A stretch of DNA of 64,000 bases from an uncultured Lachnospiraceae bacterium (GCA_949502235.1 CATBDC010000012.1:7473-71472); one strand, 5' to 3'. Positions 39,243-49,149 are shown, counted from the first letter of the stretch. Program-made: numbers and translations. The notes: generated from the letters alone by a model not told the origin.

Positions 39243-40517
39243 ATGAAAAAATTAACAGCGTTACTTATGGTACTGGTTTTAGTATTATCACTTTCAGCCT
39301 GTGCAGATAAAGGAGCACAGGAAGAGACTTCAGAGAAAACAGAGGATAAGGGCAGTGATACAACGACAGTTAAATTCTGGTCCTTCCACGCAGGAGGAGA
39401 GGCGGAATTTCTGGAAAAGGTTGTGAAGGAATATAACGATACACATGATGATGTGCAGATTGAACATACGGTTGTAAACCAGAGCGATTATACGACCACA
39501 CTGATCCCCACGGCCTATGCTAACGGGGAGGCGCCGGATATTCTGTATGTTGAGCCGGCCACCTTTACAAAATACGCGGAAAAAGGGATGTTAGCTGACC
39601 TTTCGCCGTATTATACGGATGAGCTGAAGGAGGACATTCTGCCGTCAGCCCTGGAAGCAGTGACTATCGATGATAAGATCTATGCGCTTCCAATGGAAAT
39701 GGAAACACTGGGACTTTTCTATAATATTGATATGCTAAAGGATGCGGGGATTGATCCTCCGTCTACATGGGAGGAGCTTTACGAGGCGGCAAAAAAACTG
39801 ACTACAGATGATGTTTACGGCCTGGTTCTTCCTGTAGAAGAGGCGGCATATACCCTGTTTAACTGGTGGCCTTTTATGTGGATGGCAGGAGCGGACGTTT
39901 TTGATGACGATGGAAACTGTATTGTGGATTCCAAAGAAATGGTTACTGCCCTGGACTACTGGGGGAGATTCTACCAGGAGGGCCTTTCTCCCGCCTCACT
40001 GCAGATAGGCCCCTGGGATATCGGAAATGTGGGAACCGGAGCAGCGGCAATGCAGGTATCAGGTACTTATGTGATTAATGCGGCTGAAAACGATTATCCG
40101 GATGTAAACATCGGCGTTGTTCCCCTTCCGTCACCAGATAATAATCCCATAACGGTTGCCGGAGGGCAGAAGCTTGCCATTAATGCGCAGTCACAATGTA
40201 AAGACGAAGCCGCAGACTTCATTTTCTCATTATATGGGAGTGATGATATTACAAAAGCCACCGAGTGGACAACAGAAGCAAAATTCGCCTACCCGGCAAG
40301 ACAGAGTGTCATTGACAACAATTCAGATACCTTCGAAGAGGGATTACGGGCGGTATTTACAGACTTTTATCAGACGGCAGTTCCGGAGCCCAGCTATTCG
40401 GCCGAGGTGACGGATGCCATGGGTAAGATGCTCCAGCAGGTTATGTTCGGAGGAGTGTCTTCTGAAGAAGCGGCAAAAGAGGCCCAGAAGACCATAGAGG
40501 ATGCTGCGAAAAATTAG
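39243..40517 (+). CDS. Sugar ABC transporter substrate-binding lipoprotein
   Basis: Lipobox LSLSAC, about 424 aa, family-1 SBP layout. Confidence 0.85.
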   Translation: MKKLTALLMVLVLVLSLSACADKGAQEETSEKTEDKGSDTTTVKFWSFHAGGEAEFLEKVVKEYNDTHDDVQIEHTVVNQSDYTTTLIPTAYANGEAPDILYVEPATFTKYAEKGMLADLSPYYTDELKEDILPSALEAVTIDDKIYALPMEMETLGLFYNIDMLKDAGIDPPSTWEELYEAAKKLTTDDVYGLVLPVEEAAYTLFNWWPFMWMAGADVFDDDGNCIVDSKEMVTALDYWGRFYQEGLSPASLQIGPWDIGNVGTGAAAMQVSGTYVINAAENDYPDVNIGVVPLPSPDNNPITVAGGQKLAINAQSQCKDEAADFIFSLYGSDDITKATEWTTEAKFAYPARQSVIDNNSDTFEEGLRAVFTDFYQTAVPEPSYSAEVTDAMGKMLQQVMFGGVSSEEAAKEAQKTIEDAAKN

Positions 40518-40579
40518 CAGTCTTACAGGGCCGTGTAAAGGATGCACGGTCCTGATTTAAAAAAGCAGGTGAAATCATT

Positions 40580-41479
40580 ATGAAAAAAAGTAATATTTCG
40601 AAAAGAAAGAGAAGAGAATATCTAACCGCATATGCCTTTATTTTACCGGATTTTCTTGGACTCTTTGTGTTTGTTATTATTCCCATTATTTATGCGTTCT
40701 ACATTAGTTTTTTTGAGTGGGATTTTATCAATGATAAGGTGTTTATAGGAGCAGCTAATTATATCCGGATGTGGAAGGATACAAACTGGTGGAGCGCCAT
40801 GCTGCGCACTCTGAAGCTTACGGCCCTTTATGTACCGCTGCTTTTCGGTCTGTCTCTGTTTTTTGCGGTTTTAATCAGTACAGTCAAATCAAGGGCAGGC
40901 TCCTTTGTAAAAACATCCTTTCTGATGCCCTTTGCAATTACCTCTGTAATTGCATCCACCCTATGGATGTTTCTGTACAATGAAAAAAGAGGGTATTTAA
41001 ATGCAGTTTTCAAGGCTTTGGGACTGTCTAATCAAAAATTTCTCGGCTCCGGCAGGCAGGCTCTTATCTGTGTTATTGTTGTTCTGCTGTGGATTAACCT
41101 GGGCTATAATATGATTTTATTTTTATCTGCCATAAAGGACATACCGGAAAGCTATTATGAGGCTGCAACCCTTGACGGCGCGGACAGATGGCACATTTTC
41201 AGGTATATCACCTTCCCCCTTATCCGGCAGACAAGTATATTTATACTGGTTACTACCACAATTGCATCCTTTCAGGTGCTTGATCTTATTATGGTTATGA
41301 CAAAGGGAGGACCGGCAAAGGCGACAGAGGTGGGCGCCCTTTATATATATGATCGTTCATTTAATATGATGGAAATGGGGTATGGCTCTGCGCTGTCTGT
41401 ATTTTTATTTCTCAGCCTGCTTGTATTTTCCTTTGTGCAGATGCGGATTACTTCTGAAGAACAGGGGGAGAATGTATGA
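40580..41479 (+). CDS. Carbohydrate ABC transporter permease (MalF/UgpA-like)
   Basis: Six TM helices with an EAA loop (YYEAATLDGADRWHIF). Confidence 0.88.
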   Translation: MKKSNISKRKRREYLTAYAFILPDFLGLFVFVIIPIIYAFYISFFEWDFINDKVFIGAANYIRMWKDTNWWSAMLRTLKLTALYVPLLFGLSLFFAVLISTVKSRAGSFVKTSFLMPFAITSVIASTLWMFLYNEKRGYLNAVFKALGLSNQKFLGSGRQALICVIVVLLWINLGYNMILFLSAIKDIPESYYEAATLDGADRWHIFRYITFPLIRQTSIFILVTTTIASFQVLDLIMVMTKGGPAKATEVGALYIYDRSFNMMEMGYGSALSVFLFLSLLVFSFVQMRITSEEQGENV

Positions 41480-42276
41480 AAAAGGAACCTGTAAAAATTA
41501 TTTTACTTATCATATTCAGTCTGATACTGCTTTTTCCGATTTATATTTTGTTTATGTCGGCATTTAAAGGACCGGGTGAATTATTTGTTGTCTCGCTGTG
41601 GCCAAAGAGCATTACCTTTGACAATCTTAAGACGGTTTTGAATCCGAAGTTTTTGAACAGCATTAAGAATTCACTGTTTGTATCTACAACGGTTACAGTA
41701 ATCGCTATGATTTTACATTCCATGTGCGGGTATGCGCTGGCCAGGCTTTCTTTTCCGGGGAAAAAGCTTATTTTTACCACAATTATCAGTACGCTGATGA
41801 TTCCCACAACCACAATTTTAGTGCCGCTTTTTATGGTATGCAAGGGGCTTGGTATTGAAAATTCCTATGCCGGATTAATCATCCCCGCATTTTTTAACGC
41901 CTACGGTATTTTCCTGTTCCGCCAGTTTTACCTGGATTTTCCAAAGGAGCTTGAGGAGGCCGCGGAGGTGGAAGGCTGCGGAAAGGTGCGCCTGTTTGTA
42001 CAGATTGTGCTTCCTTTATCCAAACCTATGATTGTTCCCCTTACCATCGCCTTTTTCCTTGGAACATGGAATAATTATCTGTGGCCCCTGATTATTAATA
42101 AAAAAGAGGAATACCAGACAATACAGGTATATCTTGCAAACATGGTATCCGGCTATTCAACGCCCTGGAATGAGGTGATCGCCACGGCGGCATCGTCAGC
42201 AGTTCCTGTATTCTTACTGTTCCTGCTTCTGCAGAAGCAGTTGAAGGAGGGCATTAAGGTTACAGGCATTAAATAA
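41476..42276 (+). CDS. Carbohydrate ABC transporter permease (MalG/UgpE-like)
   Basis: EAA loop (LEEAAEVEGCGKVRLF). 4-nt overlap with the upstream permease. Confidence 0.88.
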   Translation: MKKEPVKIILLIIFSLILLFPIYILFMSAFKGPGELFVVSLWPKSITFDNLKTVLNPKFLNSIKNSLFVSTTVTVIAMILHSMCGYALARLSFPGKKLIFTTIISTLMIPTTTILVPLFMVCKGLGIENSYAGLIIPAFFNAYGIFLFRQFYLDFPKELEEAAEVEGCGKVRLFVQIVLPLSKPMIVPLTIAFFLGTWNNYLWPLIINKKEEYQTIQVYLANMVSGYSTPWNEVIATAASSAVPVFLLFLLLQKQLKEGIKVTGIK

Positions 42277-42296
42277 CAGGAAAGGAAAGAAGAAAA

Positions 42297-43424
42297 ATGT
42301 TAAAAGATTGTTTATATGAGATAAATCCGCAGGTAGTGACAAGATGGGCAAGCCATGAAAACCCTGACGGAAGGCCGGGAGCAGGCGGCCAGTCAGGCAA
42401 AGGACGCAAAGGTGCGGCCTGGTTTACTCTGGAGGATGGAATGGATGCAGTCCTGGCCCACGCAGAAAATATAAGCGGCATGATACGGCGGATCTGGATT
42501 ACCATGAATGTGAGGAACAGTGAAACGCTAAGGGGCGTGCTCATTGAAATGTACTGGGACGGTGCGGATACGCCGGCAGTCAGGGCGCCAATCGGGGATT
42601 TTTTCTGTCATGGGATTGGGCGGATGTCTGTTGTTAAAAATGCCTTGTTTTCCAGTCCGGAGGGCCGCAGCTTTAACTGCTTTATTCCGATGCCTTTTAA
42701 GACTGGAATGAGGGTAATCATAAAAAACCGCAGCGGGCAGCAGATTAAACATTTTTACTATGATATTGACTATACACTGGGTGATGGCTTTAGCGAAAAT
42801 ACACTGTATTTTCACAGCTTTTTTAACCGGGAGAATCCTACCTGCATGGGCAGGGATTTTGAAATTCTGCCCCGCATATCAGGACAGGGCAGATATCTTG
42901 GGGTAAACCTGGGAGTACGGTGTGATACGGAGAAATATTTTACAACCTGGTGGGGCGAAGGAGAGGTAAAGGTTTATCTGGACGGAGACAGGGAATTTCC
43001 GACTCTCTGCGGAACAGGGGTAGAGGATTATGTGTCTACTGCCTGGGGACAGGACTATTTTTATGACCTGTATCACGGCAGCCAGATTTATGACACGGAG
43101 AAAATGGAAATTGCGTGTTACCGCCTCCATATTCCGGATCCGGTTTATTTTCACAGGGACATACGGGTAACGGTGCAGCAGATTGGAGGCATCGATACGG
43201 ATGATGAGCTGAATAAAGCAAAGTTTTACTTTAATCATACAACAAAGGGATATGCATACCGTTCTGTAAAAGGGCATGATATTGACTTTGCCTCCATAAA
43301 TGCAAAGGAGGTGCTGCCAGAGCTCTTTGAACGGGAGGAGGACTGGTCCTGCTGTACATGGTTTTATTATGACAGGCCGGAAAATCCCCTTCCCAAGCTT
43401 TCGGCAGAAAAAATATTAATCTAA
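42297..43424 (+). CDS. DUF2961 / glycoside hydrolase family 172-like protein (paralog 2)
   Basis: ISGMIRRIWITMN and WWGEGEVKVYLDGDREFPTLCGTGVEDYV parallel the motifs of paralog 1. 375 aa. Confidence 0.75.
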   Translation: MLKDCLYEINPQVVTRWASHENPDGRPGAGGQSGKGRKGAAWFTLEDGMDAVLAHAENISGMIRRIWITMNVRNSETLRGVLIEMYWDGADTPAVRAPIGDFFCHGIGRMSVVKNALFSSPEGRSFNCFIPMPFKTGMRVIIKNRSGQQIKHFYYDIDYTLGDGFSENTLYFHSFFNRENPTCMGRDFEILPRISGQGRYLGVNLGVRCDTEKYFTTWWGEGEVKVYLDGDREFPTLCGTGVEDYVSTAWGQDYFYDLYHGSQIYDTEKMEIACYRLHIPDPVYFHRDIRVTVQQIGGIDTDDELNKAKFYFNHTTKGYAYRSVKGHDIDFASINAKEVLPELFEREEDWSCCTWFYYDRPENPLPKLSAEKILI

Positions 43425-43435
43425 AGGTAGTGAGC

Positions 43436-46129
43436 ATGTTTAAGGATTGGAAAATACAAAATGGATATCTGAAAATTCCTATAGAGCATGGAGCACAAGA
43501 TATCCGAATAAAAATTTCTACAGAAAATAATGTTGTGTTTGAGGGCAATGTTCCAGTTTCAAAAGAAAGGATAGATTTTTGGGGAATCATACCTGTGAGT
43601 CAGAATTACGGAACAATGCTGCATATTGAAACAGGAGAAGAAAAAGGGAGCTGGTGTGAGGGAATCAGGTGGGAGGAAGGGGGTATTTTGCCCTGCAAAA
43701 CCCCGGTTTTTCACACAGTACCCCCAAGCGGGAGCATTCACAGCATATTTCAAGTGTCTGAAAAAATGGGTCTCTGCCGGCCGGCGTATGATTATGACCC
43801 TTTCGGAAGGGACAAAGACCGCAGTGCGCCGGGGCCGGATACAGGCCATGGCTTTGCCATGCATCCGGTAAAAGAGAATGAAAGTTTTTTTTCGGGTGAT
43901 GTTGAAACGCAGTATCTTTCGGAGGATGGGAGATATTGTATGGCAAAGAGCAGAGATTTTGACTGGGAGAATTGCCCCTATTTTAATATGTGCACGCCGC
44001 TTCTTTGTATAGAAGAGGAAAACGGTGTAAGAAAGCTTTCCTATGGCCCGGAGATAGAGGGGCTTCGCATTTGGAAACGGGAATGGGAAAATACAGGGGC
44101 TGTCAGCAGGTTTGAGGCACTGCTTCGTTTCAGGACGAAACCGGGGATATGGCCCAATATTGAATTACTTCCGCCGGAGGGAAAGGCAGATGATATTACT
44201 GCGGAAGCCTTTGAAATTCATTTAGAGCTTGTTCCCTCTGCCGGTGAGGCAGTTATGCTGGATTTCTGCGGAATCCCGGCTGTCTATGACAGTAAGGAGG
44301 GAAGCTTCAAGGCAGGTGGATACGGGATAGCCGCCGGTAAGGAAGGCTTATGCTTAACAGCTTGTATTGACAGCGGCTGTGCAGAATTTATATGCGGAGG
44401 CAAAGCCGTCTTTTATGTACACAGAACAATGGAAAACGAATATCGGCAGGTGGATAATTCCGTCAGTGGTAATCTTGAAAAATGTAAGTTTGAAGAGAAA
44501 GACATTCCTAAGCTTTTAGTTTGGTGTAATTCAGGTACATGCCGTATCAGGAAGCTGGAAATATACGGGCTTAGGCAGAAGGAAGATACAGAACCGTATC
44601 TTAACCGTTTTGGCATAGATAAGGAGCTGGATCCAGTCTTTTACAATTGCAGGGAATTTACTGTATATTACCACAGGGTCTGGGATAAAAATTATGGATA
44701 TCCGGAGGCAGCGGCAGTCAATGACTGCATGGTAGTGTCTCCCACGAGGGTTGTGGAGGAGTTTGACTGGAGGAAAACCCCCTGGGGCGATATGAACCGG
44801 ATTGTAAACAGGGAGAATATCTGGTATGGAAATTCAGGCCTTAAAAATTATCCCCAGCTCATTTCTCCGGTGGCCAGTTTAAATGCAGCCTACAATATAG
44901 CTCTTCATGTTTTTGAACAGTGTAAGGATAAAAAATATGCATTAAAGGGACAGGAAGGCTTATGGTCAGCGGGATTATTCCAGGGTCTGGGGGAAAGCTT
45001 CGGCGTATGGCTTAGAGACAGTGTACATATTCTTATGCGCTGCGGAAGCCTGATAGATCCTAAGGGCGCCGGGCGGACGCTTATGTTTGCAATGAAGAAA
45101 GGCTTTGACAACGGTTCTGACGGTCCCGCAATGGGTCCGGCAGGAGCCTGGGATTATTATCTGGCTACAGGAAATAAGGAGCTTCTCTATGAAATGTGGC
45201 CGGTTCTGGTTTCGAATATCCGGGAGGCAGACAGACGCTATGATGAGAAAAGAGATCTTGTTTTCGCGGAAAAGTCCACATCTAATGATGCTTTTCCGGA
45301 ACCTGAAAACGGCGGATACAGCCTGGGGACGGAGTGCTATTTTATGAAGGCCTACGAATCTATGGCAGCTATTGCGGATGTAATCGGGTACTCCGGAAAG
45401 GATGATGTGAGAAGATGGCGGGAAAAAGGCAGAAGGCTTAGGCAGTCTGTCCGGGAAAAATATTGGAATCCTGAATATGGATATTTTACAAGCGGACCAA
45501 AGGGAAGCGAGGCGTTTGAGAAAGGATACTGGGAAACTTCAGGTGAGGAAGGAGCCATATGGAACAGGTTCGGCATTGCTAAGGACTGGCAGCGGCAGTC
45601 TGTCCTGGAAAAGCTTGAGGAAACTGCAATGACTGCCTATGGTATCAAATTATTTCCGTACAGAAAAGAAAAAAATCATTTCTGCGGTTCAGTATGGGGA
45701 GTCTGGCAGTCCGGCTTTGCTTCTGCGGCTTCCGCGTCAGGAAACAGCGCTCTTGTAAAAAAGCTTCTTGCCCAGCAGATAAGAGTATGCCTGATAAATA
45801 AGACCTTTTATGAGGTGATTGACGCTGATACTGGAAAGGCGTGGAGATGGCCGGGACAGCTGTGGAATGCGGCGGGTTTTATCTCTCTGGTTATTTACGG
45901 CGTTTTCGGCCTTGAATATACGGAGGAGGGACTAAGCTTCCATCCCGCCGTGCCGGAGGAGTTAAGGGATACGTCCATTACAGGCCTTCCCTTTTGGAAA
46001 ATGATTCTGAATATCAGAGTCTGCGGGTGGGGAACCTGCCTGCGGGAGATGAAGCTTGACGGACAAGGCTGTGATTTTATTCCTCATTCACTTTCCGGCA
46101 GACATGAGATTGTGCTATATATGAAGTAG
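43436..46129 (+). CDS. Large cytoplasmic protein: unassigned N-terminal half plus a C-terminal (alpha/alpha)6-barrel glycosidase-like half
   Basis: No signal peptide. The C-terminal region has W-x-RD (GVWLRDSVH), GAWDYYLATGN, and an aromatic/Gly-rich QLWNAAGF segment, reminiscent of six-hairpin glycosidases (GDE_C / GH63 / GH15-like). I cannot place it in a family. The ORF track starts it at GTG 43430. Confidence 0.5.
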   Translation: MFKDWKIQNGYLKIPIEHGAQDIRIKISTENNVVFEGNVPVSKERIDFWGIIPVSQNYGTMLHIETGEEKGSWCEGIRWEEGGILPCKTPVFHTVPPSGSIHSIFQVSEKMGLCRPAYDYDPFGRDKDRSAPGPDTGHGFAMHPVKENESFFSGDVETQYLSEDGRYCMAKSRDFDWENCPYFNMCTPLLCIEEENGVRKLSYGPEIEGLRIWKREWENTGAVSRFEALLRFRTKPGIWPNIELLPPEGKADDITAEAFEIHLELVPSAGEAVMLDFCGIPAVYDSKEGSFKAGGYGIAAGKEGLCLTACIDSGCAEFICGGKAVFYVHRTMENEYRQVDNSVSGNLEKCKFEEKDIPKLLVWCNSGTCRIRKLEIYGLRQKEDTEPYLNRFGIDKELDPVFYNCREFTVYYHRVWDKNYGYPEAAAVNDCMVVSPTRVVEEFDWRKTPWGDMNRIVNRENIWYGNSGLKNYPQLISPVASLNAAYNIALHVFEQCKDKKYALKGQEGLWSAGLFQGLGESFGVWLRDSVHILMRCGSLIDPKGAGRTLMFAMKKGFDNGSDGPAMGPAGAWDYYLATGNKELLYEMWPVLVSNIREADRRYDEKRDLVFAEKSTSNDAFPEPENGGYSLGTECYFMKAYESMAAIADVIGYSGKDDVRRWREKGRRLRQSVREKYWNPEYGYFTSGPKGSEAFEKGYWETSGEEGAIWNRFGIAKDWQRQSVLEKLEETAMTAYGIKLFPYRKEKNHFCGSVWGVWQSGFASAASASGNSALVKKLLAQQIRVCLINKTFYEVIDADTGKAWRWPGQLWNAAGFISLVIYGVFGLEYTEEGLSFHPAVPEELRDTSITGLPFWKMILNIRVCGWGTCLREMKLDGQGCDFIPHSLSGRHEIVLYMK

Positions 46130-46197
46130 TCTTGAAAGATAATTCTTGTATTTGGAAGGATTTTTGCCTATAATTGGAATATATGTAAAAGGACGTG

Positions 46198-47223
46198 ATG
46201 AGCTTGGCGAATATGAAAGATGTGGCCGCAAAGGCAAATGTATCTGTGTCTACTGTGTCCCATGTAATTAATGGAACCCGGTTTGTTTCAGAGGAAGTGA
46301 AAAACCGGGTGAGAGAGGCTATGGATGCTACAGGCTATATTCCTAATGTGGTTGCACATTCTTTAAGAACAAAAAGGACAAATACCATCGGCCTTGTTAT
46401 TCCAATTGGAAACGATGAAAATTCCAATATCTTTATTATGCAGATTGTTTTGGGAATAGATTCTGTTTTAAGGGAACGGGGATACTGTACACTGCTGGCA
46501 AATACGAAGGATGAGCTGTCTAGGGAAAAAGAGGAGATCAGACATCTGATTACACGGCAGATAGACGGAATGATTATTATTCCTTCTTCGGGAGATCACG
46601 GATTTATCCCCGGGCTTTTAAAGGATAAGCAGTATGTGTTTGTTGACCGTATTCCGGATGGGCTTCCTAAGCAGGATTATGTAGTAAGTGATTCCTTTGG
46701 CGGTAGCTATGATGCTGTCAGCAGGATGATAGAAAGAGGGCATACAAAGATAGGAATTTTATGTGCAGAAATCGGCGGATACCGGAACTCGGATGAACGT
46801 TTAAGAGGGTTTAGAAAAGCTTATGAAGAGCATAATCTTGAAGTGCGGACAGAATATATATGTGAGTGTGACGCCAGTATACAGGATGCGTGGGAGAAGG
46901 CAAAAAGGCTTGTGGAGCATACAGATATAACAGCTGTCTTTATTGTCAATAATGTGATGGGAATGGGAGTTGTAAAGTATTTAAAGGAAGCAGGCATCAG
47001 GATTCCCGATGACATTAGTCTGACAATTTTTGATGATTATGCGTGGACGGACATCTATACTCCCTCTATCACCACGATACGTCAGGAGGCCTTTGAAATG
47101 GGACGCCAGGGGGCGGAGCTTCTCCTGGAAAAGCTTATGTTTAAGGATCAGGATGAGATTACGTGGAAACCCAGGGAGATTCTTCTGCCCACTAGACTTA
47201 TGATGCGGGAATCGTGGAAGTAG
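46198..47223 (+). CDS. LacI family transcriptional regulator
   Basis: N-terminal HTH (MKDVAAKANVSVSTVSHVINGTRFVS) and a periplasmic-binding-protein-like C-terminal domain. Confidence 0.92.
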   Translation: MSLANMKDVAAKANVSVSTVSHVINGTRFVSEEVKNRVREAMDATGYIPNVVAHSLRTKRTNTIGLVIPIGNDENSNIFIMQIVLGIDSVLRERGYCTLLANTKDELSREKEEIRHLITRQIDGMIIIPSSGDHGFIPGLLKDKQYVFVDRIPDGLPKQDYVVSDSFGGSYDAVSRMIERGHTKIGILCAEIGGYRNSDERLRGFRKAYEEHNLEVRTEYICECDASIQDAWEKAKRLVEHTDITAVFIVNNVMGMGVVKYLKEAGIRIPDDISLTIFDDYAWTDIYTPSITTIRQEAFEMGRQGAELLLEKLMFKDQDEITWKPREILLPTRLMMRESWK

Positions 47224-47296
47224 AGAGCGCATATACGGGCTATAAACTATAGCAGGGCGGCTTGGGGAGAGCCCATATTTGACAAAGGAGAGGGAG

Positions 47297-47815
47297 ATGA
47301 TACTGGAAACAGAGGATATTTATCTGGGGAAGGCAAAATTCGAAGACTGGGAGGCAATGTACCTCAATGTGTGGTCCAGGCCGGAGACAGCCCGGTTTAT
47401 GGTGTGGCAGGTTACTGTAAGCCGGGAGGAGGCAAAAGAGCGGATGAAAAGGACGATACTCTTTCAGGAAACCCATGAGACATTTCTGGTCTATGAAAAA
47501 AGAAGCGGGGAGCCCTGCGGATTTGCAGGAGTCGGAGAGATATCACCGGGAATTTATGAGGAAATGGGGATTGCCCTCGGACCGGAATATGTGGGAAAAG
47601 GGTATGGAAAGCAGATTCTTGGCCTCCTCCTAAAATACTGCACAGAGGTTCTTAAGGGAAAAGAGTTTTATTATCATACACGGGCGAAAAACAGGGCCTC
47701 TAAAGCTCTGGCACGATCCTGCGGGCTTATCTATCAGTATTCGGAAAAAAAGAGGGATCAAGAGAGCGGGGAAGAATACATCATGGAGGTTTACAGTAAA
47801 AAGCTGGGAGAGTAA
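47297..47815 (+). CDS. GNAT family N-acetyltransferase
   Basis: Acetyl-CoA loop (YVGKGYGKQ). About 172 aa from ATG 47297, which is preceded by AAAGGAGAGGGAG. Confidence 0.8.
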   Translation: MILETEDIYLGKAKFEDWEAMYLNVWSRPETARFMVWQVTVSREEAKERMKRTILFQETHETFLVYEKRSGEPCGFAGVGEISPGIYEEMGIALGPEYVGKGYGKQILGLLLKYCTEVLKGKEFYYHTRAKNRASKALARSCGLIYQYSEKKRDQESGEEYIMEVYSKKLGE

Positions 47816-47887
47816 AATATGTGGGAAAGATTGTATGGCTGCCCAATAATTGTATGGGAATAAGTACAATCTTTTTCTTTATTTATA

Positions 47888-47916
47888 TTGCGTTAATTAT
47901 TTAACAGGATTATAAT
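47888..47916 (+). promoter_or_regulatory. Sigma-A type promoter of the Fe-ADH gene
   Basis: TTGCGT (47888-47893), a 17-nt spacer, then TATAAT (47911-47916). Confidence 0.55.
47890..47907. promoter_or_regulatory. Candidate Rex operator
   Basis: GCGTTAATTATTTAACAG compared with the clostridial Rex consensus TTGTTAA-N4-TTAACAA matches 11 of 14 specified positions and keeps the palindromic core GTTAA-N4-TTAAC. Overlaps the -35 box. Confidence 0.5.
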
Positions 47917-47967
47917 TATTGTAGGTTAAAAAAATAACAATATATGAAGAAAAGGAGAGCGACAAAA

Positions 47968-49149
47968 ATGAGCAGATTTACATTGCCAAGAGACATTTAT
48001 CACGGAAAGGGATGCTTAGAGGAGCTTAAAAACTTAAAGGGCAAAAAGGCTATCCTTGTAGTGGGCGGCGGCTCTATGAAGCGTCAGGGATTTTTAGATA
48101 AGGCAGTGGGCTATCTTAAGGAAGCAGGCATGGAGGTTGAGCTGTTTGAAGGCGTTGAGCCGGATCCGTCTGTTGAGACTGTTATGAAGGGCGCAGAGGC
48201 TATGAGAAAGTTTGAGCCAGACTGGATTGTATCTATGGGCGGCGGTTCCCCCATTGACGCGGCGAAAGCAATGTGGGCATTTTATGAGTATCCGGATACA
48301 ACCTTTGAGGATTTGTGTATTCCGTTTAATTTCCCGGAGCTCCGCACGAAGGCTAAATTTGCGGCAATTCCTACCACATCAGGTACAGCTACAGAGGTTA
48401 CCGCATTTTCTGTCATTACAAATTATCAGACAGGTGTAAAGTATCCTCTTGCGGACTTTAATATCACACCGGATGTTGCAATTGTTGATCCGGATCTTGT
48501 AGCAGGACTTCCGGTAAAACAGGTTGCCTACACAGGTATGGACGCACTGACACATGCCATTGAGGCATATGTATCTACGCTGAATTGTCCGTTTACAGAT
48601 CCGCTGGCATTGCAGGCAATCGAGATGGTGCTTGATTATCTTCCGGCTTCCTATAACTGTGATATGGATGCAAGAGAGCAGATGCACTATGCACAGTGCC
48701 TGGCAGGAATGGCGTTTTCCAATGCACTTCTTGGTATTGTACACTCCATGGCGCACAAGACAGGCGCGGCGTTCTCAACCGGACATATTCCGCACGGATG
48801 CGCAAATGCAATTTATCTGCCATATGTTATTAAATATAATGCCCATGACAAGGTGGCTGCCAGCCGCTATGCCGAGATTGCGCGCAGAATGGGTCTTGAA
48901 GGAACTTCGGAAAAGGCGCTCATTAACAGCCTGTGCGCAAAGATTGATGAGTTTAACGTAAAGCTTAACATTCCAAAGACATTGAAGGAATTCGGAATCA
49001 ATGAGGAGGAGTTTAAGGAGAAGGTTAAAGGAATCGCGGAGCGCGCAGTAGGAGATGCATGTACAGGTTCCAATCCAAGGGCAATTGATCCGGCGGCTAT
49101 GGAGAAGCTGTTTAACTGTACATATTATGGAACAGAGGTTGATTTTTAA
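47968..49149 (+). CDS. Iron-containing (group III) alcohol dehydrogenase
   Basis: GGGSPIDAAKA motif and the His-rich metal site region (HAIEAY..., HSMAHKTG, HGCANA). AAAGGAGAG lies 8 nt upstream of ATG 47968. Confidence 0.88.
   Translation: MSRFTLPRDIYHGKGCLEELKNLKGKKAILVVGGGSMKRQGFLDKAVGYLKEAGMEVELFEGVEPDPSVETVMKGAEAMRKFEPDWIVSMGGGSPIDAAKAMWAFYEYPDTTFEDLCIPFNFPELRTKAKFAAIPTTSGTATEVTAFSVITNYQTGVKYPLADFNITPDVAIVDPDLVAGLPVKQVAYTGMDALTHAIEAYVSTLNCPFTDPLALQAIEMVLDYLPASYNCDMDAREQMHYAQCLAGMAFSNALLGIVHSMAHKTGAAFSTGHIPHGCANAIYLPYVIKYNAHDKVAASRYAEIARRMGLEGTSEKALINSLCAKIDEFNVKLNIPKTLKEFGINEEEFKEKVKGIAERAVGDACTGSNPRAIDPAAMEKLFNCTYYGTEVDF

Noticed and set aside
43700-43990. GH32-like motif echoes (FHTVPPSG, FGRDKD, WENCPYF) in the N-terminal half of the 899-aa protein
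   Set aside because: The three segments are only about 85 residues apart, far too close for a five-bladed GH32 propeller, and the catalytic Asp/Glu context is not preserved. Probably coincidence.
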